From the NCBI GenBank assembly GCA_951406725.2, contig OX597828.1:59272001-59336000 (forward strand): a stretch of DNA of 64,000 nucleotides, in the 5' to 3' direction. The translations under genes were made by a program, and so were the position numbers. Under the pieces are notes generated by a model. It saw only the letters and a list, made by a program, of their open reading frames with translations. It ran no database searches and had not been told where the DNA came from. Shown one piece after another: positions 12,826 to 27,064 of this stretch (positions are counted from its first letter, which is position 1; each line of letters begins with the position of its first letter). This stretch comes from Octopus vulgaris. Its lineage: Eukaryota.

Positions 12826-13447
12826 AATTTGAAACGACTATTACGCTAATCTGTGATGGAGGCAAGATAGCAGAATTTGAAACGACTATTACGCTAATCT
12901 GTGATGGAGGCAAGATAGCAGAATTTGAAACGACTATTACGCTAATCTGTGATGGAGGCAAGATAACAGAATTTGAAACGACTATTACGCTAATCTGTGA
13001 TGGAGGCAAGATAGCAGAATTTGAAACGACTATTACGCTAATCTGTGATGGAGGCAAGATAGCAGAATTTGAAACGACTATTACGCTAATCTGTGATGGA
13101 GGCAAGATAGCAGAATTTGAAACGACTATTACGCTAATCTGTGATGGAGGCAAGATAGCAGAATTTGAAACGACTATTACGCTAATCTGTGATGGAGGCA
13201 AGATAGCAGAATTTGAAACGACTATTACGCTAATCTGTGATGGAGGCAAGATAACAGAATTTGAAACGACTATTACGCTAATCTGTGATGGAGGCAAGAT
13301 AGCAGAATTTGAAACGACTATTACGCTAATCTGTGATGGAGGCAAGATAGCAGAATTTGAAACGACTATTACGCTAATCTGTGATGGAGGCAAGATAGCA
13401 GAATTTGAAACGACTATTACGCTATCTGATGGTGGCGTGATAGCAGC
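12826..13447 (+). repeat. 48-bp minisatellite, 12 full units plus a degenerate unit
   Basis: Unit AATTTGAAACGACTATTACGCTAATCTGTGATGGAGGCAAGATAGCAG; it explains the repetitive ORFs 12819-13463 and 12794-13507. Confidence 0.95.
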
Positions 13448-13833
13448 CTTTTGGTGTCGATAAAATAAGTACAAGGTGAGCACTGGGCCCAATGCCTCAG
13501 ATTTCAATCTCTGGGCCTAGAATGGAAACACTTATTACGCTGTCTCTCCAAGTAATCCACACTATCCTAACTATTTCTCCCCAAGCTGTGTCTCATTTTT
13601 CAGCATTTTCTCCTTATTTTTATACCTTAGCTTTTTTTTTTCAATGCAATGTTATACATTTTGCTTTCGTTTGTAATTTACTAAAACTTTATATTTCTGT
13701 ATTAAGTTACAGCAGATATTTCCCACAATGTGATGACGTGTACTTGACGGGGTGAACGTTTCATAACTATGTTTTTGAGAATCCCAAAATAGACTTTGAG
13801 ATGAAGTAGATACTACTTAAGAATAGAAATCTT

Positions 13834-14090
13834 AAGAAGGATGAAATTATAAAGGTTTATAAATGACTTTTTATAGAACTTGACTTTGGTTGTTTTGAAG
13901 CTCCTTCCTTTTATGTAAAGAAGGATGAAATTATAAAGGTTTATAAATGACTTTTTATAGAACTTGACTTTGGTTGTTTTGAAGCTCCTTCCTTTTATGT
14001 AAAGAAGGATGAAATTATAAAGGTTTATAAATGACTTTTTATAGAACTTGACTTTGGTTGTTTTGAAGCTCCTTCCTTTTATGTAAAGAA
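13834..14090 (+). repeat. 84-bp tandem repeat, 3 copies
   Basis: Units start at 13834, 13918 and 14002 and look identical. Confidence 0.95.
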
Positions 14091-14253
14091 TGGCGAAACT
14101 CTTCAGTGTTTCTGTTTTATTTCTATGGAAAAAAAAAACATTTCTTCAAATATAAAAAAATGTATGTGCAGTTGTCTCATTGTGAGAATTGCTACATTTA
14201 TTAAAATAAACGTACGTATTCGTGTTTGGATATTTGTAAGATACAATTAAAGA

Positions 14254-14348
<95 letters not shown>

Positions 14349-14374
14349 CATCCATCCATCCATCCATCCATTTA

Positions 14375-14416
<42 letters not shown>

Positions 14417-14448
14417 CATCTATCCATCTATCCATCCATCCATCCATC

Positions 14449-14518
<70 letters not shown>

Positions 14519-14699
14519 ACACGTGTTGACAACTGACGTTGGTTCCGCCATGTCTCCATAATCTAGAGCTTCGGCAAAGAAACCAATAGTTAAAGTAGCA
14601 GGTTTAGTGCTGAGCCGATTCGTTCGATTAAAGCCTACCATGGTGGTGCTACAGCATGATCGCAGTCAGATGATTGAAACAAGTAAAAGATAAAAGATA

Positions 14700-15960
14700 T
14701 CAAAGTAGCTTCCTCTGACTTCAATGCACATGTAGCGCCCCAGCTACTTTGTGAATGCTCCATGGGTGTTTTCCAAAGTGAGGGTATATAGGATCCTTAT
14801 CACAACATTCTTTAACTTCAAAACGACTCTTCCTGAGGTTCTCCTTCAGCTTGACAAGTAACTAAAAATCACAGGGAGCAAGGTTTTGACTGTAGGAGTG
14901 GTGAGTGGCAATTTTGTTGCCCACCTCTGTTAAGTATTTGGTTAACAGGATGGAATCGTGGACTGACACGTTGCCCTGGCGCAGGTGCCCCCCCCCACCG
15001 GAATGGAATAGCTCCGACCTTTTGAACGAAATCTCTTATTGAACTCCCTCAAAAGCTCCCCAAAGTACTCTTAGTTGATCGTCTGGCCAGACAGAACCCA
15101 GGGTATGTAGATGATGCCATTGATCTAGAAAATGGGAATCCTCATGAGCTTCCCAGAGGACTTGCTTTGCCGCCTTCTTGGATCTGGGGGAACCAGCATG
15201 CCTTTTTTGGGTACTCTGTATCTTGGTCTCCGGGTTATAACAGTAGATCCAGCTTTTGTCATAGGACATCAGAGACTCAAATGCTCTTGAATTGGAGATG
15301 ATGAGCTCAACCATCTCCTTGCTGTCACCAATGCGTCTTTCCTTTTGTTTGCCACTGAGTATCATGGGAATAAACTTAATACAAAGTTTGCGTGTGTTCA
15401 GATTTTCATGAATAATTCTGTGCACAAATGTCACACCAAATCCAAACTGTATGCATTTATGTCTCTATAGACACATAACGGTTTCCATCTTGAAAATTGC
15501 CAATTTCTCAAGCAGCTCTGATATTCTGATGTCCCTGTCCCTTCCATACCTCTCTTCGTCTCCCACCTCCTCGCTACCGCCCATGAACGTCGTGTGCTGG
15601 CAAAAAAAAGATGCTCGACTCATACAAGTTAATCCATTAACACTCTGGAAGCATTTCATAAGCTTCTGAAGTGTTTTTTTTTTTACCCAGTTTAACACAA
15701 AACTTAATTGCACAACGAACTTCCAAATTTGTCTTCACGGCCCGACTGCATCCTGCAAACTAGTCAGCATGACAAGCAGAGTTCCGTAGGGTGTGCTCAA
15801 AGTGTTGTTACAGCCATCTCCTTCAATCTGAAATAACAATATTTGGCGAGTCAGCTTCTTAGATGTAGAATAAGGATGTGCTAAAATTACTATAATCTAG
15901 GATAGTTATAACAGCCTCTCCCAAAAGAAAGTTTCAAACCTTCTGGAATGTATCTCGTAT
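14700..15960 (-). mobile_element. Decayed mariner transposon
   Basis: ORF 15036-15434 has HRIIHENLNTRKLCIKFIP and YDKSWIYCYNPETKIQSTQ (mariner WVPR and DE.WI..Y.PE regions); N-terminal HTH-like remnant in 15465-15713; TA-flanked end near 15960. Confidence 0.8.
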
Positions 15961-17928
15961 ATATAGTTGGAAGCTTTCTATTTATCTTGTTAACATGAAT
16001 CTCTCATTTTGCCAAATAACATACATAGAATCTCGTTAAATATTTATCTAAGTAATCACAAGAAACGGGTAAATATATTATTTAACTATTTGTTAGAGGT
16101 GATTGTCATTAACTCTTGTGGAAAGTCAAGTATTAGAAATGTTTGAAGTCACTTGTCATTGGGAATCAACAAATACATATCTTTCGTGACGTGATGTTCT
16201 GTATCTTGGACCTTCAATGATATATAACACTGTGTAACAAATTTGTTTTTGTCTTTGATGAGTAAATGTTATTTCCTATTTGCATCTATCTAGAAATCAA
16301 TGACTACTATTCCCTTCAAGCTCTGCCTCAGTGACCTGGACATCAATGTTTTCAAACTCACCTATTCTCCATTGCATTTGAGACAGATGCAGTGCTGAGT
16401 TGCTAAAGCAGAAATATCGTTTTTGCAAATATTCTGCTCAATAACATTGATTTGCCTGTCAGTTACTTGACCATAACCACTTGAGCATGTCTTTAATGAC
16501 TAACACTATGTGCATCTCTGATCATGAGCAGGAATAGTGCGGCGGCGGTGGTGGTTGTGGTGGTGGGGGAGCATCATAGCCATGTGCTGAGAGAGATTCT
16601 TTGGGGTTTGAATAAATGTAACAAAAGCAAAGTTTGAAAGGAATATTAATTGGTCATTTTTCATACTTTCTAGGAGTAAGCAAATAGGAAATAACATTTG
16701 CCACCCAAGGACAGACAAAAACCTTGTTACACAGTGCAAAGTAGTTGTTATTTTGTCATCGCTTTCTATTGATTTTTGTATCTCGAAAACAAAAACTTCC
16801 ATAAGTGGTCGTTGGTGCAACGATCGACTGAAGTAAAGAAGAACGACGATGATTCTAATTCTCACGCTTAAAATGTAGAGAATTTTAGATCAGTATACAG
16901 TACACTGCTCTTGTAGAAGTTTTGGCTGGTTTTCTTTGTGACATCATCGTATTTTATCCTTATTCAGTTCCTCAACCTGACGTAACATATTCTGAGTAAT
17001 TAGTTGAAATAAACACTTCAGTAAATTTGTTCATTTGTCTATTACATTATTACTTCCGGTACTAACATTTCTGACTCTCTGCTTGACTGTTTCTTGGTTA
17101 ATGACTGTAATTATGTAAAATGGTTGTTTATATTTGTTTACTTGTCTGTCTTCCTAATCCACCTACCATCCATCCCTCTATTCACATAAATGTGTGTCTG
17201 TCCGTCTGCTTGCCTGCCTTCTTATCGAGCTGTCTATTTATTTAGGTATCAGCTAATATATCCCTTCCTCTATTATATTTATGAATATTAATTTTCGGAT
17301 GACGTGGAAGTCAGGGGCTTCCGGTTCATCCCCTATATAAAGGAACACATTTCTAATTTCGCGTCACTCTTGCCTGTCGTTTCCTTGACATACATTGAGT
17401 CACGCCACTCGCATACACACCCGCACACACGGATGTTCGCCTTATTTGCTTTGAGACATGTGATTGCAAAATATGTTCATGAGATGTTACAAGCTTTTCC
17501 TTCAATTAACCTTATATGTTAGCGCATTGCATCCAGTAATAAATATGTTATGACTTATTACGAACGTCTTACACATTCTTATTATCTTGACGTTTACGTA
17601 CAAGATGGCGACCCCGCTTTCTCGCATGCAATCATAAAAATTATAGGATGTCACTTACTGACAAGCACAATAATTAATTGCCCTTTCACGACCAAGTTCC
17701 TAATGCAACAGAGTTGCAACGTTCCCTTTCATTTGCTTCTTTTTCTGTTAGATTAACTTTATCTAACCTCATATTTAGATATTTGTATGGAAATCCAACA
17801 ATAACAATCAGATCAAGAAAAAAGAACTCCTTACTCGAGAATGAAAAGGCATATCACAATCAGGCTCTGAAATGGTCCTTATCACTAATTGCCAATATGT
17901 CAGATAAACAAATTATTGTACAGACATA

Positions 17929-18462
17929 GGCGTAGGAGTGGCTGTGTGGTAAGTAGCTTGCTTACGAACCACATGGTTCCGGGTTCAGTCCCACTGTGTG
18001 ACACCTTGGGCAAGTGTATTCTACTATAACCTCGGGCCGACCAAAGCCTTGTGAGTGGATTTGGTAGACGGAAACTGAAAGAAGCCCGTCGTATATATGT
18101 ATATATATATATATTTCTTTACTGCCCACAAGGGGCTAAACACAGACGGGACAAACAAGGACAGACGAACGGATTAAGTCGATTATATCGACCCCAGTGT
18201 GTAACTGGTACTTAATTTATCGACCCCGAAAGGATGAAAGGCAAAGTCGACCTCGGCGGAATTTGAACTCGGAACGTGACGACAGACGAAATACAGCTAC
18301 GCATTTCGCCCAGCGTGCTAATGTTTCTGCCAGCTCGCCGCCTTTTATCGCATATATATATATATGTGTGTGTGTGTGCGTGTGTGCGTGTGTGTGTCTG
18401 TGTTTGTCCCCCCACATCACTTGACAACCGATGCTGGTGTGTTTACGTCCCCGTAACTTAGC
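17929..18462 (+). mobile_element. SINE family B (internal microsatellite) with nested SINE A at ~18113-18342 (-)
   Basis: Head GGCGTAGGAGTGGCTGTGTGGTAAG...GGGTTCAGTCCC, CORE-like CCTTGGGCAAGT; SINE A sits inside the internal (TA)n tract. Confidence 0.85.
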
Positions 18463-18779
18463 GTGCTAACGATTCTGCCAACTCTGCGCATTAATTTCAA
18501 ATATTCAACAGAAAAGACAATCAAAACTTGTATTGTTTTCATAAAAACATTATAGTTATTTCTACCTTAGGCGCATGCTTTGAATTTTGATGGGTTGAAG
18601 TGGACGGATGGCTTAAAATCTTGACTGGAATTACTTTATTCTATTAAACATGGAGAGGTGAAAGGTTAGATTTACTTTGTCATGATTTGACCACAAAACG
18701 TAAAGAGCCGGAGAAAATACTGCGAGAAATCTCCAGTACTCTAAATGACTTTGCGCATCCACCGCCCTTGCAAAGAGAT

Positions 18780-19158
18780 AATAAAGTGTCAGAGATAGTG
18801 CAGGAAAGTGGAGGGCAGGATGGAAAGTTTGCAAAAAAAGAGAGGAAGGAGTTTAGATGTTCGCAGGAGAGTGAGGTCGCACCGAGACAGTCGTATCGTA
18901 TAGTTCGGGAGTGGGACCAGAGAAACTTGAGAATATTTGGGCCTCAACGTAGCCAACGAACAGGTAAGCATAGTTGGGGCCCATTTTCGTTCCCATTGCC
19001 ACTCCAGAGATGTGCTGGTAAAATCACCAGTGAACGAGAAGCAGTTGAGTGAGAGGACAAGTTCGTCCAGACGAACGAGTGTGGATGCGTCAGGTTGGGA
19101 GTTGGGTCGAAGGTCAAGGAAATGTTGGAGTGCACGCAGCCCCTCGTGGAGAGGGATC
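18780..19158 (-). mobile_element. Penelope-like element reverse transcriptase fragment
   Basis: Minus strand reads [19 protein letters not shown]...[16 protein letters not shown], then after a frameshift [25 protein letters not shown] (PLE RT motif); the YIDD region appears disrupted. Confidence 0.8.
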
Positions 19159-19368
19159 GCATATATACATACATATACGTACATACTTCCATATATATGT
19201 ATCTGTTTTCCGAAGCCTCATATTATCGTTAATTGCTCGACAACTGATGAAGGGTCATTATTCATGTTACTTGTCTTGTTTTCCATTTGTTTCTCTCGTT
19301 GTCCACATACTCAAGTTTGCCTTCGTATTTCATGTTGTTTACGTTTTGTAATGTCCTGTACCCATATA

Positions 19369-19417
<49 letters not shown>

Positions 19418-19434
19418 GTAAGTATGTACATATA

Positions 19435-19480
<46 letters not shown>

Positions 19481-19514
19481 CATACATACATACATACATA
19501 CATACATACATACA

Positions 19515-19546
<32 letters not shown>

Positions 19547-20971
19547 CACACACACGTATGTAAGTATCTATGTTTGTCTTTTGCGTTTGCCATTCACCGC
19601 CGCTAGGCAACCAGCGATGGATTGCTTACGTTTCTGTAAGATAGTGGTTCGGCAAAAAAAAACAAAACAGACCTACAATATAAATATGTGGCTTGAAAAT
19701 TGGATCGATTTGTTTGACCAAACCCTCCAAGTTGGTGCCCCAGCATGGTTGCAATTTAATGACTAAAACAGGTAAAATATGAAAGATAAAAGATAGATAA
19801 TGTAGGGAACACTTCCGTGTAAGATACTCTTTGATTTATGAACAGTGAATGTTTTTAGCCAATGGCTGTACGTTTCTTTTTTCCTTTGGAGTGCAGCTTC
19901 ATATTTTCTGCGCAATGTTCCAAACAAGATCTGTTGAATTTATTTAACCTATATCTTTTAGTTCTCATCTGCTAACCATATCTAATATTTCATGTCTTGA
20001 AATATTGGAAGTGATTAGGACTCGAATAATACTGTTGTTAATAAACTCTTTATTAACCAGTAAAACGTCACAAGATTCGGGACCTCAGACCTCCTCGTGC
20101 TGCCGCTGCAGCTAGAATTGCGACTACCGCTACTGCTACTACTATATTAAATAAGGTAATACCTTACTTTATTTAATATTTTCTTTGCCACCAGTAAGAT
20201 GAGGTAGGGGGTCAAGTTACCACCGTCATATTTCAAGGGGCAAGAAGTAAAGAATTACTTAACAGTACTTTGCTAAGAAGAAATGAAATGAAAGAAAAAC
20301 AAACAAAAATACACGAGGTTAATGATTTATACTAATCCAGTCCTTGCAAGTACGAGTGACAACTGGTAATGTTTTAGTCTTATTAACCCTAGTCAGCGAA
20401 ACATAACTTTCTCTGTGCTGGCTGAATTCATAATCAGAGAAACACTATACTAATGCACTATAATGCACAGCCTTAGGACCTTAAGTTCTTGATGACTCTA
20501 ACTTCACTGCTATGTCATGCTATGTCAGTGTAGATAGAATTCCTGGATAATCAGGCATCTCAAGGTACTAATTTAGCATGCAATACGCCTGGCCATTTAA
20601 ATATTACAGTGTGACCTACCTGACCATTTACACTTTGGCATGCAGTTTAACCCTAACCTTAACACTAATTCTAACGTTAATCCTTAATCCTAACTTTAAG
20701 TCCAAACCATAACCTTAAATCCTAATCTTAACTCAGATCTGGTCATTTTACAGCGTTGACTACGGATACTGTGGTAGGCTGCAAACTAAAATAGCATCCA
20801 TCTCAGTCATCATGATAATCTTCGACACCTAACCGTGTGCAATATTGTGCATCAGTATAATAATACTCTTACTACTTCTCTGGCAAGAACTAATAACATT
20901 GTGCTTTGCTGAAGAGGGCTTAAGACCGAAGAATATTCGAAGTTGTCTTCTGTACTTGGTGAACGAAATCA

Positions 20972-21344
20972 TCTCTCTATATATAAACGGCAAAATGTCT
21001 GTCTGTGTGTGTGTCCTTTATACAAATCCACAATTTTTCAGTTAGAGGGCTCGCACTTTCTATGGTCATTTAAAACCGTCCAAGGGTGGTCGTGCACATC
21101 TTTACATTTCCCCAGTCACCCTGCAAAGCCATTAAAAAATCAATAGAAGTGACTTTTTTTGTGAATTTTCTATCCAAAACCCAATCAAAATGCCCGAAAC
21201 TTGATACGCCAATTGAATGCCAGCTAGCTGTATGTGATTGGTCGGAGATTTGGACAGTACTCGCGTGTATGTGCGCACGCACGCACGCAGCTGTTTATGC
21301 ATGCACTAGCACTATGACCCGGCAACGCCGGGTCATAGTGCTAG
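20972..21344 (+). mobile_element. Non-autonomous Helitron
   Basis: 5' TC, 3' CTAG, inserted between A and T with no TSD; terminal palindrome CTAGCACTATGACCCGGC-AAC-GCCGGGTCATAGTGCTAG. Confidence 0.8.
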
Positions 21345-22039
21345 TATGTGATAAATATCAGTAAGTTAAAGTTTCTCTTCACCCCATTTTTGCTTAAATC
21401 TATCATCGCTACATTAAATACGACAGTTGCATTAACTCGATAAAAATTTCCAGAACTATTTTCCACAGTTGTTACGAGATTTTTAGAGAGCCTTGTGCCT
21501 TAACAGTAAAACGTGTTAAATTCGATAGAATTTTCTTATGACTGAAACATATTCATAGACGCCATCTTTTGTATTTGGTGGACAAAATCATATGAATGAA
21601 ATATTTGTAACTTAAAAGTTTTCATCTCCTCGCTGCATTTTTGCTTTTCAATTAATCCTCGTTACAATAAGTACGACTATAGCATTAACTCGACAGTAAT
21701 TTTACATTCGGTGATGTCCCAGGGCATTTTACCGCAGTTAATATAAGATAAGAATTTTAGAGCGCCGTGTGCATTTACTGTGCAGTAAAACGTGATAAAC
21801 ACGTTAAAATATGCTACACATGGGGTGGACACGATGCCAACACCTCGGCCACTTAGCTACAATGACACTTCAGATCAGACTTGTTTACCAAAGACATATA
21901 TAGTATGGTAACTATCATACAGACATCCACTCAACCCGGTGCCAAGTTGCTAGATCAGGTCAACATTTCCGCCCGTTAATGAATAGAGGTTACCATGATG
22001 GCCGCACTTCTTCAACAACACAAAACTATTACGCATGCA

Positions 22040-22097
<58 letters not shown>

Positions 22098-22356
22098 GAC
22101 CGACATCCACATACACTTATTAAAGACACGCTCTCACCTACACATACATATGCTCAAATTAATATGTCAAATTAATACTGGCAAAATATATACATACAAG
22201 CACACAATATACGCCACATACACATATATGCCCAACATCACACGCGAGTGTACATGCGCACACCCAAGCCCCCCACGCACGCACATACACATACACACAC
22301 ACACACTCACACACATACACTCACAAACACACACATATATATGTATATATACATAC

Positions 22357-22399
<43 letters not shown>

Positions 22400-22480
22400 A
22401 TATATATATATATATATATATATACGTATATATGTGTGTATATATATGTATATATGTATGTATATATGTATATATATATT

Positions 22481-22520
<40 letters not shown>

Positions 22521-23146
22521 TATGTATGTATATATACACACACATATATGTATGCATATATAGATAGATAGACACATACACAGTTACACAAACACACACA
22601 CACTCACGCACAAACGTATGCAGCAACATGCAGCAACACTCGTATTCAGACTAACACACAAACAATTTGAAACTCTTATATAATCAGACTGATCGCTCTA
22701 CACATTCAACCCGACCTGACTAATTGACGAACGTAGAAGTACACGCACATACGTGACAAATCTACGTAATATTATGTACACTTAACTCGTATTCATGAAT
22801 TCGCGCGCAAGCACATACACATGCACGCGCGACCACACACGCACGTACACATGCAAGCATACAAACATAGGCGCACAGGCACGCACACATACATGATCAA
22901 GCACACATACGTGCAAGCACACACCATACACGCTCGAGCACACATACATACATGCACGGGCAAACACACATACACGCGCGAGCACAAACACATACGCACG
23001 TACGCACATAGCCTGTTGCTTGTATATTTCCTAATCGTCCGCTCATTCAGGTACGAAACGCATGTACACAGGTACAGAAACGTGTATAAACAAATATATA
23101 TGTGTTTACAAATGCAGAGAATCTGAAATATTTTTATTGGTAAGTA

Positions 23147-23308
23147 GGCGCAGGAGTGGCTGTGTTGTAAGGAGCTTGCTTACCAACCACATGATTCCAG
23201 GTTCGGTCCCACTGCGTGGCACCTTGAGCAGGTGTCTTCTACTATAGCCTCGGGCCGACCAAAGCCTTGTGAGTGGATTTGGTAGACGGAAACTGAAAGA
23301 AGCCTTTC

Positions 23309-23375
<67 letters not shown>

Positions 23376-23545
23376 CTTGTGTGTCTGTGTTTGTTCGCCC
23401 CAACATCGCTTGACAACCGATGCTAGTGTGTTTACTTAGCGGTTCGGCAAAGAATAGGTCTTGGGATCGATTTGCTCGACTAAAGGCGGTGCTCCAGCAT
23501 GGCCACAGTCAAATGACTGAAAGAAATAAAAGAATAAAAGAATTT
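23147..23545 (+). mobile_element. SINE family B
   Basis: Same head, internal (TA)n(TG)n tract and AAAAGAAT-type tail as other family B copies. Confidence 0.85.
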
Positions 23546-23657
23546 ACTCTTATAAATGTGACAACACATTCACATTTTCTTGTCTACATATTTAATTACC
23601 GTGACACAATACAGGCGCGCACACACACGTACACACAGACACACACACGCACACACG

Positions 23658-23692
<35 letters not shown>

Positions 23693-23959
23693 TTATGGAT
23701 GTACGCACGCAAGCTCGCACATTCGCACGCAAGCAAGCACGCACACCACGTGCTTGAGTTTCCGCCGAAAATCTTTGTATTAAGCCAACACCAAATTGCC
23801 ACTCCGTTGGTTATGACGATGATGGTTCCTGTTGATCCGATCAACAGCACAGCCTACTCGTGAAATGACTCCACGAACACGCCTACCTTTTACGTTGATC
23901 TCAGTGTGATTGAGCGTGACATAGAGTTTGACCAACCTAACCTTTTGAAATGCATTTCT

Positions 23960-24095
23960 TTTTTATTTTGGCTAGCTGAGTGAACTGGAGCAACGTGAAA
24001 TAAAGTGTCTTGCTCAGGGATACAACGCGCCGTCGCGAATCGAACTTATGACCTTACGATCGGTACCGAATACCTTAGCCACTACGACACGCTCC
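23960..24095 (-). mobile_element. CORE-like tRNA SINE family D fragment
   Basis: Reverse match to the head of 43000-43325 (CACTTTATTTCACGTTGCTCCAGTTCA). Confidence 0.6.
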
Positions 24096-24519
24096 TCTAT
24101 TAGCTAACAAGTAATCTGGTTTCACCAAACATACTGTCCATTTATGATTCTTGAGTTTACTATTACTTTCCCTTCGATTTCATTGGATGTTTTGTCTCCA
24201 AGAGAAAGCAGGTAAGCTCAAGAATTATGTAGATGAGATGAGAAACGTGAAAGCATTTTTGAACACTGAGGTATGGATCAGTGTAAAATTTATAAGGTGA
24301 AAGTTCTTTCCTAAATGTTTTTCGAATAACATTTAGACAGTGTTGCCAGTGAATTTTATTCGCTCGAATTCGAGATTCTTAATTGTCTTTTCAGTTTTAA
24401 TTGATTTTGCTAAATTGTTGGCGCACAGGTAAATAATTTTAATTTCTCAAAGCTAGTAAGCGAATGAAAACTTGCGTAGCATGTTTTACGTTTTTCTGAG
24501 AGCGTTTTGATCATCCTAC

Positions 24520-25435
24520 AACACCTGGAACAACAAGACGTGGAGGAGAAGTAAAACTGCTGAAGGGCACGAAGGCATTAAGTTCGATGATTGCCTTGGG
24601 CGCGTTTATACAGTGCACCAAAATCAGACTGAATGCTTTCACCTCCTTCTTCTTTTACATGAAGTAACAGGCCCAACTTGCTTTCAAGATTTAAGAACTG
24701 TGGATGAAAACGTTTTTGCAACATACAAGGAGGCATGTCAACAGCGTGATCTTCTTGAAGATGACGGGCAGTGGCAAGCCTTCTTATCAGAGGCTTGTGT
24801 ATCCAAGTCGCCCGGAAGCCTTAGAACACTTTTTGGTGTAACACTGCACAATTGTGCACCCAGTAGTCCATATTCTTTGTGGCTTCAATTTAGGAATGAC
24901 CTGTCCGAGGACTTTAGGCGAGCCGCTCAGCTTCGATTCCCTACTTTAAACATAGGCTTCACCAATACAATATACAATCTAGCACTGATTGAGATTGAAA
25001 ACAAGACTTTATCTTTAGGCGGTGACGTAATGACCACTTACAGGCTTCCCCCTGCTGCAAGGCCTACCTCAAATAATCTCCCTTCGGAAATTGTTCGAGA
25101 AACATCTTAAGACATTACTGAACTATCCACATATGTACAGATCAATGAGGCACTACTGCTACCTGGCCAGAAGTACGCCTACGACACTATCGTTCAGCAA
25201 GTCCAGGGTCGTAAAGGTGGCTTTTTCTTCCTTAACGCTCCTGGCGGGACAGGCAAAACGCTCGAAACTGGACTAATTCTTGCAAAAGTAAGGCTACGAA
25301 AGTGCATCGCAATAGCTGTGGCAACTTCGGGCATAGCTGCTACTCTGCTCCCTGGTGGCAGGATTGCACACTCTACGTTTAAGCTTCCACTTAACCTCGC
25401 AAGTTCATCAACGCTTGTTTGCAACATTTCAAAGA
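24520..25435 (+). mobile_element. Helitron RepHel fragment (linker plus Pif1 helicase start), disrupted
   Basis: GPTCFQDLRTVD..FATYKEACQQRDLLEDD, then FFFLNAPGGTGKT (Walker A) and VATSGIAATLLPGGRIAHSTFKLPL; in-frame stop at 25108-25110. Confidence 0.9.
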
Positions 25436-25823
25436 CGTCTTTTATCCTTTCAGGGTCGATAAAATAGGTACCAGCTGAGTACTAGGGATTGATGTAATCA
25501 CCCGAACTTGTTGGCCTCATGCCAACATTTGAAAGCAATAATTACAAAAGACTTAAATTTTTCGAGTCATTCTTCAATTCTATAAATGAAAGAATACATG
25601 TACAACATTGAGAATGGAGAAGACTGTGTTGTAAAATAGTTTGTAAAGCAGAAACAAAACACATTTACAAAAAAGAAAATTTTATCCAGTATAAGTTCCC
25701 GTCATACAATAACGCCTAAAGCCTGCTTCTATAACTCTTCGCGCGAGCGCGCAACACACACACACACACACACACACGCACGCACACAAAAGCATGGATA
25801 TATGGATTTATAGTTGTGTGGAA

Positions 25824-26060
25824 GGCGGCGAGCTGGCAGAAACGCTAGCAAGCAGGACGAAATGCGTAGCCGTATTTCGTCTGTCGATACGTTCTGAGTT
25901 CAAATTCCGCCGAGGTCGACTTCGACTTTGCCTTTCATCCTTTCGGGGTCGATAAATAAAGTACCAGTTACGCACTGGGGTCGATGTAGTTGACTTAATC
26001 CCTTTGTCTGTCCTTGTTTGTCCCCTCTGTGTTTAGCCCCCTTGTGGGTAGTAAAGAAAT
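25824..26060 (+). mobile_element. SINE family A with TSD
   Basis: Full unit; ATATATGGATTTATAGTTGTG is repeated on both flanks (~25798 and ~26063). Confidence 0.9.
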
Positions 26061-26833
26061 ATATATATGGATTTATAGTTGTGCGGCAAAGGAAAAAGTA
26101 GTGTTGCTTTTGTCTTATATTTTGAGTCTTTCAACAAAATTTCTATGTTGAATACGTATAATAATTCACATTGCTTAATTGCGGTGTCCATCTGTGTGTC
26201 TACGTTTGAGCGTAGCTAAGTATTGATATTCTTCTCGGGCACATTACCCTCAATTGATGCTTAATTATCAAACTAAAAATGACCAAACTTTTATGTTTCA
26301 CTGTTTGATCTACTCCATTATTTAATTGCTGTTTATATTAAATAATCCAAAGCAATTTCTGTATTCGCCATCCATTTCCAATAATATAATTAAACTTGAA
26401 AACATACGATAGAGACAAAGTAAGTAAAAGTAGAAACAAATGGAAATCAAAAGAGAAAAGAAACAGGTTCTGTGTAAATCGCCATCGTTAATGAAACGAT
26501 ATCAAGTTATTTACTAAGTTTTTCTTTTATCATCATACCTTACAAGTAAGTATTCGTTTTTTAATGTGTGTGTGTGTGTAGATATATATACATAGACGCT
26601 CACATATAAACACGCGCACATATACATGCGATGTGTGGCTTAGTGGTTAGCGTGTTACACTCTTGAGCCGTAAGATTGTGGTTTCGATTTCTGGACCGGG
26701 CAATGCATTATATTCTTCAGCAAAACAGTCTACTAAGTGGGTAAAAATGAGTAATCCAGCACCTCGGAATTTCGAATGAAAGCGAGGAATGCGAGAAGAT
26801 ATGGCTCATTGAAAGAATTTTTTCTCGAGACTC

Positions 26834-26890
<57 letters not shown>

Positions 26891-27064
26891 CTCGTGCTCG
26901 CGTATGTGTATGTGTGTATTCATGTATGCGTACGAGTGCGTACTTACTTGTATGTTTATTTGTTAGTGAGTATGTGTTTGAGATTTCTTGCCTAAACTCT
27001 TCTTGTATCATTTCGTTTTCTTTCTCAATTCTTGTGTTTAAATAAAATTCAAACGAGGAACAGA

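Noticed and set aside
12794-13507. Repeat-protein ORFs on both strands, or a CRISPR-like array
   Set aside because: Contiguous 48-bp units with no unique spacers, embedded in SINE sequence; open frames follow from the unit length being a multiple of three.
19235-19310. CTGATGA near the Penelope RT fragment
   Set aside because: No stem II or GAAA partner found downstream.
20648-20735. Degenerate CCCTAA-like tract
   Set aside because: Short and highly degenerate; not a telomere, probably internal to an old repeat.
20904-20945. Hammerhead-like CTGAAGA...CCGAAGAATATTCGAAG
   Set aside because: GAAA is GAAG and stem II is minimal; possibly a decayed motif but too weak to call.
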